Shown: positions 1 through 8,328 of the stretch, one piece after another
Layout of the letters: each line of letters starts with the position of its first letter
Numbering within the stretch: the stretch's first letter is position 1
Source of the DNA: an uncultured Chloroflexia bacterium
GTDB lineage: Bacteria; Chloroflexota; Limnocylindria; Limnocylindrales; CSP1-4
Direction: 5' to 3'
Length of the DNA: 64,000 nt
NCBI GenBank assembly: GCA_963809595.1
Contig: CAWEKG010000001.1
Location: 280,326-344,325, forward strand
Notes under the pieces: model-generated
Database searches by the model: none
The model's input: only the letters and a program-made list of their open reading frames with translations
What the model was told of the DNA's origin: nothing
Program-made: the position numbers and the translations under genes

Positions 1-202
1 GACGAACGTGGACGGTGGGGCCGACGGCGGTACGTCGATGAGGATGGGGAGTCCGTCGGACGACCACCCAGGGGCAGGCTGGTCGGGGTGGCGGGACTCG
101 GCAACTACCGGACCCTGGACGACGACGTCTCGCGCGCGCTTGGGATCCCGCTGGTGCCGGAGCCAGATCCTCGTCTCGCCGCGCTGCTCGGCCGGTAGAA
201 CC

Positions 203-643
203 GTGAGGCACGCGAGACGGATCTGGTTGGCGTCGGTGGTCGGCCTCGCCTCGCTCCTTCTGGCCGCCTGTTCGATGGTCCCCGGGGCCGGCCGCGCCGA
301 GCTCGCAGGGAGCGCGTGGACGGTCGTCTCCGTCGACGGGGTGGCACCGGTCGGCACCCCGGCAGTGCTCGAGTTCGACTCACTCGGGAGATCGGTGGCC
401 CTTACGACCGATTGCGGCACGCTCCGGGGATCCTTCGGCATGGACACCGACCGGGCCACCCTCTTCATCGACCTCCCGAAGTCGCCCGCGGGTGGTGGCT
501 GCGACGCCGCGCTGGCCGAGCACGATGTCCCCCTGCTCGAGGCCCTCGCCACGACCGATCGCTGGAGCTACGCGTCCTCGTCTGAGGTCACCTTCCACGG
601 CGATCATGAGGTCCGGCTCCGCCGGTCGGGCGGGGGCGGCTGA
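203..643 (+). CDS. META (HslJ-like) domain lipoprotein
   Basis: ORF 8..643. Signal peptide with lipobox LLLAAC, followed by a META-domain pattern (LAGSAWTVVSVDG, TTDCGTLRGSF, GGGCDAAL). I chose the in-frame GTG at 203, just before the signal peptide. The upstream 65 codons look like read-through. Confidence 0.7.
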   Translation: MRHARRIWLASVVGLASLLLAACSMVPGAGRAELAGSAWTVVSVDGVAPVGTPAVLEFDSLGRSVALTTDCGTLRGSFGMDTDRATLFIDLPKSPAGGGCDAALAEHDVPLLEALATTDRWSYASSSEVTFHGDHEVRLRRSGGGG

Positions 644-843
644 GCGGGTAGCGGATGCGGCGCCGACCGGCTGCTATCCATTCGGCGCCAGAGCGCGCAC
701 ACTCCATCCATCGGAGGGAGGCATGGGAGCCTGCGGGTTCCCACCGGCGCGACGTCCCCATACGGTCGCCAAGACCGTCGCGCAGGGCCAATGGCGAGTC
801 CGGCTCTTCGTCGCCGGGCACGCATGTGCCCGTGGAGGTCTCC

Positions 844-1203
844 ATGCCGATGTTGGCTGTCGCGTTCCCGATCCTGCCCGGTAAGACCGACGAGTGGCGC
901 ACCTGGATGTCGGAGCTGAACACCTCGCGGCGCGATGAGTTCGTCGAGTCCCGCCGTCGAGCGGGCGTCCACGAGCGGACGTTCCTCCAGTCGACCCCGA
1001 TGGGCGACCTGGTGATCGTGACCCTCGAAGGCGACGATCCGGGTCGCGCATTCGGTCAGATGATGGGCGCCGACGACGCGTTCACGGCCTGGTTCATCGA
1101 GCGGGCCAAGGCGGTCCATGGGGTCGACGTCTCCGCGCCGACGACGGGGGGTCACCCGTCCGAGCTTGTCGTGGATTCCGGCCCGGTGGCCGTCCCGGCC
1201 TGA
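844..1203 (+). CDS. hypothetical protein (small alpha/beta protein, family not recognised)
   Basis: ORF 655..1203. ATG at 844 is preceded by GTGGAGG. The sequence from MPMLAVAFPILPGKTDEWRTW is protein-like, whereas the upstream part is Arg/Pro-rich junk. Confidence 0.6.
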   Translation: MPMLAVAFPILPGKTDEWRTWMSELNTSRRDEFVESRRRAGVHERTFLQSTPMGDLVIVTLEGDDPGRAFGQMMGADDAFTAWFIERAKAVHGVDVSAPTTGGHPSELVVDSGPVAVPA

Positions 1204-1249
1204 CCCCTGGGGCCGGCGCCCCGCTCCGCACCCTTCGGCTCGCACCGAG

Positions 1250-1279
1250 AGAGGCCGCTCGCATCGGCGGGCGGCCTCT
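1250..1279. terminator. hairpin between convergent genes (AGAGGCCGC-N12-GCGGCCTCT followed by TCGCGTT)
   Basis: 9-bp perfect stem read directly. It lies between the stop at 1203 (+) and the stop at 1297 (-). Confidence 0.45.
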
Positions 1280-1296
1280 TCGCGTTCGGCGCGGAG

Positions 1297-2055
1297 TCAG
1301 GCCCCCGTGTACATCAGCGATCCCGGGGTCGTCAGGAGCTGCCCGGTCTCGAGCCACGTCTTGAGACCCGAGAGGATCATCGGCCAGCCGCCGTAGAGCT
1401 GCTCGTTGGCGCCCTCGCGGAGCTGGTCGTGGGTGACGGTCAGGTGGCACGAGTCGCCGACCGGCACGATCTCCCAGGTGACCCGCGAGGTGCCCTCGGC
1501 CTTCACGTCCTCACCCCACAGGGCGACCATCGTCTGGACGAGCTTCCGGGGCGGGTCGACCTCCAGGTTGACGCCCTCACCGAGGGGTCCGGGCGCGCCG
1601 GGGGCGCCCATCTCGTAGCGCGAGCCGGGTGTCCAGTCGGTCGTCTGGCGAGCGCCGAAGTTGTACTTGCTCCGGATCTCGGGGTCGGTGATCGCCTGCC
1701 ACAGGCGCTCCGGGGTCGTCTTGATGTAGATCTCGAACACCTTCTCCATCGGACTCTCCAATCTCGTCTTGATCTCGCTGAGCGCAGCCGCCCAGGGCTC
1801 GGCGTACTTGCTCACCCACCGGTCGTGGACGAGCCTGATCGGGACCGGGTTCAGGAAGTGGAGCTTCTGGCGACCCCTCCGCCGGGTGACGACGAGGCCG
1901 GCCTCCTCGAGCACCCTGAGGTGCTTCATGACCCCGAAGCGGGTCATCGAGAACCGCTCGGCGAGCGCGCCCAGCGATTGCCCGTCCTCGCGGAAGAGCT
2001 CGTCGAGCAGGCTCCGCCGGGTCGGATCGGCCAGCGCCCTGAACACCGCGTCCAT
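1297..2055 (-). CDS. ArsR-family HTH regulator fused to an SRPBCC/AHSA1-like domain
   Basis: ORF 1297..2085. N-terminus FRALADPTRRSLLDEL...MTRFGVMKHLRVLEEAGLV is a winged-helix ArsR. The C-terminal 150 aa (EIYIKTTPERLWQAITDPE...GWPMILSGLKTWLE) is an Aha1/SRPBCC fold. The start is probably MDAVFRAL at 2055; the alternative is 2085. Confidence 0.85.
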   Translation of the reverse strand: MDAVFRALADPTRRSLLDELFREDGQSLGALAERFSMTRFGVMKHLRVLEEAGLVVTRRRGRQKLHFLNPVPIRLVHDRWVSKYAEPWAAALSEIKTRLESPMEKVFEIYIKTTPERLWQAITDPEIRSKYNFGARQTTDWTPGSRYEMGAPGAPGPLGEGVNLEVDPPRKLVQTMVALWGEDVKAEGTSRVTWEIVPVGDSCHLTVTHDQLREGANEQLYGGWPMILSGLKTWLETGQLLTTPGSLMYTGA

Positions 2056-2123
2056 GCCGGGGACAATACGTGACTGATTGGTCACCTGTCAAGCGGGATG
2101 CCGCGCCGCGGGGTAAGCTCGGT

Positions 2124-2153
2124 TTGACATGCAAGTGGGGCCTTGCATATCAT
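2124..2153 (+). promoter_or_regulatory. sigma70-like promoter (TTGACA-N18-TATCAT) overlapping a 7-bp inverted repeat ATGCAAG-N6-CTTGCAT (2129..2148); probable ArsR operator
   Basis: Read directly in the 80-bp gap between the two divergent ArsR genes. The AT-rich hexamers stand out in a high-GC background. The ATG at 2167 would be about 10 nt from the predicted transcription start. Confidence 0.45.
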
Positions 2154-2166
2154 CGGCACCGAACCC

Positions 2167-2502
2167 ATGGGAGACCCATTCCGCGCACTCGCCGACCCGA
2201 CCCGTCGCCTGATCCTCGACGAGTTGGCCGAGCGTGACGGCCAGACCCTCTTCGAGATCTGCGCTCGCCTGGCCAACCGCCACGGCGTGGCGTCCAGCCG
2301 GCAGGCGATCTCGCAGCACCTCGACGTGCTGGAGGCCGCGGGCCTGATCGACACGCGCCGCGACGGGCGCTGGAAGCTCCACACGCTCAACCCGGCGCCG
2401 CTCGAGACCATGCTGGACCGCTGGCGGCGCCTTCCGACAGCGGTCCGAACCAACCCGGAGGCCGATGATGCGAATCCACCTGGCGAGCATCCTGGTCGAT
2501 GA
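2167..2502 (+). CDS. ArsR/SmtB-family transcriptional regulator
   Basis: ORF 2143..2502. MGDPFRALADPTRRLILDEL...SRQAISQHLDVLEAAGLI. I prefer the ATG at 2167 over the TTG at 2143 because it aligns with the paralogue's N-terminus. Confidence 0.85.
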   Translation: MGDPFRALADPTRRLILDELAERDGQTLFEICARLANRHGVASSRQAISQHLDVLEAAGLIDTRRDGRWKLHTLNPAPLETMLDRWRRLPTAVRTNPEADDANPPGEHPGR

Positions 2503-2857
2503 CCAGGCGAAGGCGCTCGCGTTCTACACGGACGTCCTCGGCTTCCTGCCGAAGGCCGACGTCGACATGGGCGGTCCGCGCTGGCTGACCGTCGTTTCGC
2601 CCGAAGCGCCCGACGGCACCGAACTGGTGCTCGAGCCGGATGAGCATCCGGCGGCCGGGCCGTTCAAGCGGGCGCTGGTCGCCGATGGGATCCCGTTCAC
2701 CTCGTTCGCGGTGGACGACTGCGCGGCCATGTACGAGCGGCTCATGGCGCGCGGCGTCGTCTTCACCCAGCCGCCCGTGGCGATGGGGCCCGTCACGACC
2801 GCGGTCTTCGACGACACGTGCGGCAACCTGATCCAGATCGCGAGCATGAACGGCTGA
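2465..2857 (+). CDS. VOC (glyoxalase/bleomycin-resistance/dioxygenase) family protein
   Basis: 130-aa ORF. IHLASILVDDQAKALAFYTDVLGF ... FDDTCGNLIQI is the typical VOC beta-alpha-beta-beta-beta module. It overlaps the arsR 3' end by 38 nt. Confidence 0.8.
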   Translation: MMRIHLASILVDDQAKALAFYTDVLGFLPKADVDMGGPRWLTVVSPEAPDGTELVLEPDEHPAAGPFKRALVADGIPFTSFAVDDCAAMYERLMARGVVFTQPPVAMGPVTTAVFDDTCGNLIQIASMNG

Positions 2858-2898
2858 CGCGAGGTCCACGGGGAGCGGCCGGCCGCTGCGGAGCCCAC

Positions 2899-2964
2899 CG
2901 CCGCGGCCTGGGCCGCGACCCGGTCCGGGTGGGCCTCCTGGTCGACGAACCCGAGCGGATGGAC
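2899..2964 (-). pseudogene. short accD-like fragment (HPLGFVDQEAHPDRVAAQ)
   Basis: The minus-strand sequence shares a 21-nt exact run (CCGCTCGGGTTCGTCGACCAG) and about 88% identity over 51 nt with accD at 58728..58793 (VDPLGFVDQKAYPDRVAAAQ). There is no intact ORF context. Confidence 0.35.
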
Positions 2965-3093
2965 GAGCCGCGCCCGGACGGCGGCGGCGCGATCCAGGCG
3001 GCGATCTGGGTTCCGTACCCGCCTGGGTTCATGACGTTTCCTGACCACCTTGGCCCGTACACTGAGCCGGTAGACCAGGAGCCGAGGAGGGTC

Positions 3094-3771
3094 ATGGGCA
3101 CGTTCGAGATGATCGAGGCAGGCGGAGCCCCGTCGCGCGCCTACGCGGCCGGCGACGTCGGGTCCGGGGCACCGGGCGTCGTCGTCCTGCACGCCTGGTG
3201 GGGGCTCAACGACGACGTCCTGGCGTACGTCGACCGGTTGGCCGGGGCCGGGTTCGCGGTCCTCGCCCCGGACCTGTTCGGCGGTCAGGTGGCAGTGACG
3301 GTCGAAGAAGCGGGGCGGCTCGCCGGTTCGGCCGATGAGGCGGCCGTCAACGCGGTCGTCCTCGCATCGGTCGATCACCTGGCGGACCGCCTCGGCCCGG
3401 CCGTGAAGCTGGCGGCTCTCGGGTTCTCGTTCGGCGCGTACTGGGCCATCTGGAGCCCGGCCCAGCGCGACCGTGTCGCCGCGTCCGTCGTGTATTACGG
3501 CGCCCCCGGGGGTTCGATCCTTACTCGAGCTGCCGTCCCCGTCCTCGGCCATTTCGCCGAGACGGACCCGTTCGAGTCCGACGAGGGCATCGCCGAGTTC
3601 GAGAGCGCCCTTCGATCGGCCGGCCGCGACGTCGTCATCGATCGCTACCAGGGGACCGGGCACTGGTTCGCAGAGCCGTCGCGCGACGCCTACCGCACCG
3701 CCGCCGCCGACCTCGCCTTCGAGCGCACCGTCGCCTTCCTCGGTCGCCATCTGGGGACGCCGTCCGGCTGA
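3094..3771 (+). CDS. dienelactone hydrolase family protein
   Basis: ORF 2818..3771. ATG at 3094 follows GAGGAGG. VVVLHAWWGLNDDV...LGFSFGA nucleophile elbow ...GHFAETDPF...GTGHWF, an alpha/beta hydrolase DLH pattern. Confidence 0.8.
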   Translation: MGTFEMIEAGGAPSRAYAAGDVGSGAPGVVVLHAWWGLNDDVLAYVDRLAGAGFAVLAPDLFGGQVAVTVEEAGRLAGSADEAAVNAVVLASVDHLADRLGPAVKLAALGFSFGAYWAIWSPAQRDRVAASVVYYGAPGGSILTRAAVPVLGHFAETDPFESDEGIAEFESALRSAGRDVVIDRYQGTGHWFAEPSRDAYRTAAADLAFERTVAFLGRHLGTPSG

Positions 3772-4022
3772 CGTGCCCGGATCCTGGTCACCGTGAGCGT
3801 TCCTCCTCGATGTCGCCGAGCCCGTCGGGTGGCTTCGGTTTGCTGGCCGTGCCACAGCGCTGTTCGTCCTCGTCACGATGGCGACGCTCGTCCTCACGCT
3901 GCCGCTGGCGATCGCCCGCGTCCAGCGCGCGGCATGGCGACGGCCCTTGTCCTGACCGAGGCCTCTTGACCCCATGAGCAGGTCGCGAGCACGATGCCCC
4001 CACTGCACCGAAGGAGGCGGGG

Positions 4023-4241
4023 ATGCACGAATTCGGCTTGGCCGACGTTGTCTTCTGGCTCGGGAGCGTGGCGGCGCTCATCGCGGTCCCCGTGGCGATC
4101 GGCGCGCTGATCGTCGCCCTCGGCCTTCGGCTCGCCGGGTTCCGACGTGACGACTCGGCGAAGATCCTCCGAGAGCGGCTCGCCCACGGTGAGATCACGC
4201 CGGCCGAGTTCGAGGCCGCGCAGCGGGCCCTCGGGCACTGA
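4023..4241 (+). CDS. SHOCT-domain small membrane protein
   Basis: 72 aa, with AAGGAGG upstream. One TM helix, then LRERLAHGEITPAEFEAAQRAL, a SHOCT-like C-terminal motif. Confidence 0.65.
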   Translation: MHEFGLADVVFWLGSVAALIAVPVAIGALIVALGLRLAGFRRDDSAKILRERLAHGEITPAEFEAAQRALGH

Positions 4242-5048
4242 TCAGCCGCTGACGACCGCGGCCCGCTCCTAGCGTCCGGCGGGCGCGGGGTCATGAGATC
4301 CGATCGACCGTCTGGCGCACCGTCCAGTCGGCAGGGCCTCTGGATAGCCGGGATCGCCGTACGGACTCACGTCGGCCTTGAGGACCGGCTCCGCCGCCCG
4401 TCTCCGGACGGCGTCGGGGACGGGCTCGAAGTGACGGTCGGCGTGGACGCCGGGACCGATGCGGGCGAGAGCGTCGTCTGGGCCGGGAGCGCCGGCGAGC
4501 ACCCGGCGAGAGTGATCACAGCGACGATGGCTGGTGTGATCGCGGATCGTCGCCGGCCATCCGATCGCCGCGCGTTCAAGCCTCGTTCCTATTGTTCATG
4601 CGGGTCATCAGCCCGGTCTGCACGCTCTCGGGACGTCCGCGCACCACCAGCATGAGTACAGGCAGCCCCGCAAAGGCATCGAGGACGCCGGGGCGCGTCG
4701 TCTGCCTTGGCTGACCGCACGTTCTACGCATGCGGCTGGTATTCCGGGTTGGAAGGGACCGCCAACAGCTCGGATCGTGGACCCCGGCCAGCGTCTGCCT
4801 GCCGGCCACTCATGGTGGTAGTAGGACGACGGATGGGCATCGCACCCGGCATCACGGGCAATGCTATGAGGGATCAACCCTCCACGTCAGGGTCCGTCCC
4901 TGCTGTCCCTGACGCGCGTCTTGCGGGTCGCGGTGGTATCCGGGAGCGTAGTGGCTCCTCGGTGGCCTCCGGATCGCCGTCAGAGCTCGATCGGGGATGC
5001 GATGACGCGTTCTGAGCAATGCTGGTGATATCGCCCGCCCCGCGACCC

Positions 5049-7043
5049 TCAGGCGGCCCGGCGGAACGGGACGTCGGCAACGAGGATGCCGGGGTGGCCG
5101 GTCAGGGCGTCGCGGATCCGGTGAGCGTTCTGGTTGTAGAGGAACCGCTCCCACCAGTGCTCGATGATCCGCTCGGGGAGCAGGACGATGGTGACCATCG
5201 AGGTGTCCCGGTCGGCCGTCACCTCGAGGTAGCGGATGAGCGGCTGGACGAGCTCGCGGTAGGGCGACTCGACGATGACCAGCTGGACGCCCGGCACCTG
5301 GCGCTCGAACCGCTCGCGGAGACGCTCCGCGGCCACCAGGTCGTCGGTCACGTGGACGGCCACGACCTCTTCGGACATCGTCAGCCCGAACTTGAGTGCC
5401 TGGATCACGTCGCGGCGCATGTCCTGGAGGGGAACCACCACCCGCTGCCCCCGGCTGGGGCGCTCGATCAGCGCCTCCGGTCGGACGTGGAGCTCCTCCT
5501 CCGCGTCGCGGTATTCGCGATGGATGAAGAGCATCGCCACGACGATGATCGGCACGATGATGATCACGACCCAGGCCCCCAGCCCGAACTTCGCGATCGC
5601 GAAGACGACCGCCACGATCCCGGTCGCCACGGCGCCGCAGCCGTTGATGATCGCGCTCCGGCGCCAGCCCTCTTCCTTCGTCGAGAGCCAGTGGCGGACC
5701 ATCCCGGTCTGGGAGAGGGTGAACGCGGTGAACACGCCGATCGCATAGAGCGGGATGAGCGCCTCGACCCGTCCCCGGAAGGCGATGACCACGACGCAGG
5801 AGATGAGGGCCAGCGCCACGATCCCCGAGTTGAACGCCAGCCGCTCGCCGCGGAAGGCGAACTGGCGGGGCATGAACCCGTCCCGGGCCAGGATCGAGGC
5901 GAGCCGGGGGAAGTCGGCGAACGAGGTCTGGGCGGCGAGGACGAGGATGCCCATCGTCGAGAAGATGAGGACGTAGTAGATCGGGCCCTCGCCGAAGACC
6001 GCCTCGCCGATCTGCGAGAGGACCGAGACGTGCTCGGTCGGGACGGCGCCGCTGACCGTGGCCAGGTACGAGATCCCGAGGAAGACGACCCCGAGGATGG
6101 CGGCCATCGTGACCATCGTGATCTGGGCGTTCTTCCACTCCGGCGGCTTGAAGGCCGGGGTCCCGTTCGAGATCGCCTCGGTCCCGGTCATCGCGCTGCA
6201 GCCGTCGGCGAAGGCCCGCATGAGCAGGAGCAGGCTGAGGCTCTCGACGGGCACCGCGATCGGGGTCATCCCGGTGACGTGCGGCGGCTCGCCGATCGCG
6301 GTCCGGTAGATCCCGACACCGACCAGGAGCAGGACGCTGGCGACGAAGATGTAGGTCGGCAGGGCGAACGCGCTCCCGCTCTCGCGCAGCCCGCGCAGGT
6401 TCACGGCCATCACCATCAGGATCAGCCCGACGATGATCGGGACCGTGACGTCTTGGAGGACCGGGAACGCTGAGGCGAAGTTGAAGACACCGGACGAGAC
6501 GCTGACCGCCACCGTCAGGACGTAGTCCACGAGCAGGGCGGCCGCCGCGACGAGGCCGGGGATCACCCCCAGGTTCGAATGGGCGACGATGTAGCTCCCG
6601 CCGCCTCCGGGGTAGGCCCGGATCGTCTGGCGATAGGAGAACGTCACGAGGAAGAGCAGGCCGACGATGAGGAACGAGATCGGCATCAGGTAGACGAACG
6701 CGACCGTGCCGACCGCGAGGAGGGTGAACATGCTCGCCTCGGTCGCGTAGGCGACCGAGGACATCACGTCGCTCGAGAAGACGGCCAGCGCCTTCCACTT
6801 CGGCAGCCGCTGCTCGAGCTCCTCGTGGGTCGAGAGGACCCGTCCGAAAAGGAGCCGCCGGACGCCGAAGCCGATTCGTCCGACGAGGGTCGTCGGCCGG
6901 ATGGCGGCAGCCTTGGCGACCACCGTCCCTTCTCGGCCATACCGGAAGTAGGGGGCTTCCGGTCGCTTGACGACGACCCGCCGGTCGGCGGGCTTCCGGC
7001 CCGACTTCGGCTGGTCGTCCCCCTCGGGGGCGTCCGACTTCAT
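5049..7043 (-). CDS. APC-superfamily permease (amino acid/polyamine/organocation) with C-terminal cytoplasmic domain
   Basis: 664 aa. About 12 TM helices (FSSDVMSSVAYATE, GGGGSYIVA, TGTEAISNG), then a soluble tail of about 170 aa. Confidence 0.85.
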   Translation of the reverse strand: MKSDAPEGDDQPKSGRKPADRRVVVKRPEAPYFRYGREGTVVAKAAAIRPTTLVGRIGFGVRRLLFGRVLSTHEELEQRLPKWKALAVFSSDVMSSVAYATEASMFTLLAVGTVAFVYLMPISFLIVGLLFLVTFSYRQTIRAYPGGGGSYIVAHSNLGVIPGLVAAAALLVDYVLTVAVSVSSGVFNFASAFPVLQDVTVPIIVGLILMVMAVNLRGLRESGSAFALPTYIFVASVLLLVGVGIYRTAIGEPPHVTGMTPIAVPVESLSLLLLMRAFADGCSAMTGTEAISNGTPAFKPPEWKNAQITMVTMAAILGVVFLGISYLATVSGAVPTEHVSVLSQIGEAVFGEGPIYYVLIFSTMGILVLAAQTSFADFPRLASILARDGFMPRQFAFRGERLAFNSGIVALALISCVVVIAFRGRVEALIPLYAIGVFTAFTLSQTGMVRHWLSTKEEGWRRSAIINGCGAVATGIVAVVFAIAKFGLGAWVVIIIVPIIVVAMLFIHREYRDAEEELHVRPEALIERPSRGQRVVVPLQDMRRDVIQALKFGLTMSEEVVAVHVTDDLVAAERLRERFERQVPGVQLVIVESPYRELVQPLIRYLEVTADRDTSMVTIVLLPERIIEHWWERFLYNQNAHRIRDALTGHPGILVADVPFRRAA

Positions 7044-7296
7044 CTGGTGGCGACGGCGATGGACGAGATCATCGCGGCCCGCGGGTCACGGCTGTCGGCG
7101 AGAAAGGCGAGCGCGGTGTCGATCTCCGCGCGGACGTGCACGGTGGGACTCCGACGACCTTCCACTACTCCAGCATAAGTCAGGGCCCGACCGACGGTGG
7201 CTTCGACCTGGGATCGCCGTGGCTCCCGACGTCCTGGGCAGCCTCTGACCATCGCACGGTCCCGCGGCCGCGGTCCGTTGGTCTACGATCGGTCCG

Positions 7297-8250
7297 GTGA
7301 AGCCGTTCCGGTTCCTGGCCGAGGCCCGTGCCATCGTCGACGGGAAGACCCTCGCCGCCGACGCGCGGCGGGCCGAGGCGATGGGCTACGCCGTCCTCGT
7401 CGTCCCCGACCATCTCATCGAGCAGCTCGCGCCGATCCCGACCATGGCCACGATCGCGGCCGCCACCGAGCGTCTCCGGATCTCGGCCTTCGTCTTCAAC
7501 AACGACCTGCGCCATCCGGCGGTCCTGGCCCAGGACCTCGCCTCGCTCGACGTCCTGAGCGAGGGACGTCTCGAGATCGCGATGGGCGCCGGCTGGAACC
7601 GCCCTGAATACGACGCGATCGGTCTGCCGTTCGAGCCCCAGGCGATCCGGGCCGCCCGGCTCGAGGAGGCGATCGCGGTCCTCAAGGGCTGCTTCGCCGA
7701 AGGCTCGTTCAGCTTCCGGGGCGTGCACTACACGATCACCGACCTCGACGCCTACCCGAAGCCGGTCCAGCGCCCGCATCCGCCCTTGTTCATCGGCGGC
7801 GGGGGCCGCCGAACGCTCAGCCTGGCCGGTCGTGAGGCGCAGATCGCCGGGCTCGCGCCGCGGATCCTGGCCGACGTCGACGGCAACCCCCGGGCCGACC
7901 CGCGGAGCCTCACGGTCGCGGCGACCGAGGAGAAGATCGGCTGGGTGCGCGAGGCGGCCGGGGCCCGGTTCGACGAGATCGAGCTGAACGTCTACCCCTC
8001 GGTCACCGGCATCACGGTCACCGACCACGCCCACGCCGAGGCGGCGAAGGTCGCCGACCGGCTCCGGGCGCGGACCGGGCTGGACGTGGACCCGCACGAG
8101 CTGTTGGAGTCGCCGCACATCTTCATCGGCTCGATCGAGGGCCTGTCCGAGAAGTTGCGGATGCTCCGCGAGCGGCTCGGGATCAGCTCGATCATGGTCG
8201 GCGAGATCGACGAGCTGGCGCCGGTCGTGGAGCGTCTCGCCGGAACGTAG
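7297..8250 (+). CDS. LLM-class (luciferase-like) F420-dependent oxidoreductase
   Basis: 317 aa. AEAMGYAVLVVPDHL...LRISAFVFNNDLRHPAVLAQDLASLDVLSEGRLEIAMGAGW...HPPLFIGGGG, as in the TIGR03621-like LLM family. Confidence 0.8.
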   Translation: MKPFRFLAEARAIVDGKTLAADARRAEAMGYAVLVVPDHLIEQLAPIPTMATIAAATERLRISAFVFNNDLRHPAVLAQDLASLDVLSEGRLEIAMGAGWNRPEYDAIGLPFEPQAIRAARLEEAIAVLKGCFAEGSFSFRGVHYTITDLDAYPKPVQRPHPPLFIGGGGRRTLSLAGREAQIAGLAPRILADVDGNPRADPRSLTVAATEEKIGWVREAAGARFDEIELNVYPSVTGITVTDHAHAEAAKVADRLRARTGLDVDPHELLESPHIFIGSIEGLSEKLRMLRERLGISSIMVGEIDELAPVVERLAGT

Positions 8251-8328
8251 GCGGCGTGACCGGCCGCAGCCCGGGCGAGGCTCATCGTCGGCCCGGCGCG
8301 ACGGCCGCCGTCCGGGCATCCTTGCCGG

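Noticed and set aside
723-884. 54-codon Cys-rich ORF (MGACGFPPARRPH...) preceded by a strong GGAGGGAGG and overlapping the start of the 844..1203 gene.
   Set aside because: Composition is Arg/Pro/Gly-biased like the shadow frames, there is no recognisable motif, and it overlaps a better gene. It could be a uORF, but I cannot support it.
4269-4502. 77-aa minus-strand ORF (and 4576..4809, 77 aa) as possible small genes or gene fragments.
   Set aside because: There is no RBS, no recognisable domain and no hydrophobic segment. They are treated as part of the unassigned gap rather than as CDS.
4885-4914. GTCAGGGTCCG resembles the SRP RNA domain IV segment GGUCAGGUCCGGAAGGAAGCAGCC.
   Set aside because: The GGAA and AGCA symmetric-loop residues are absent. 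The element is just an 8-bp hairpin.
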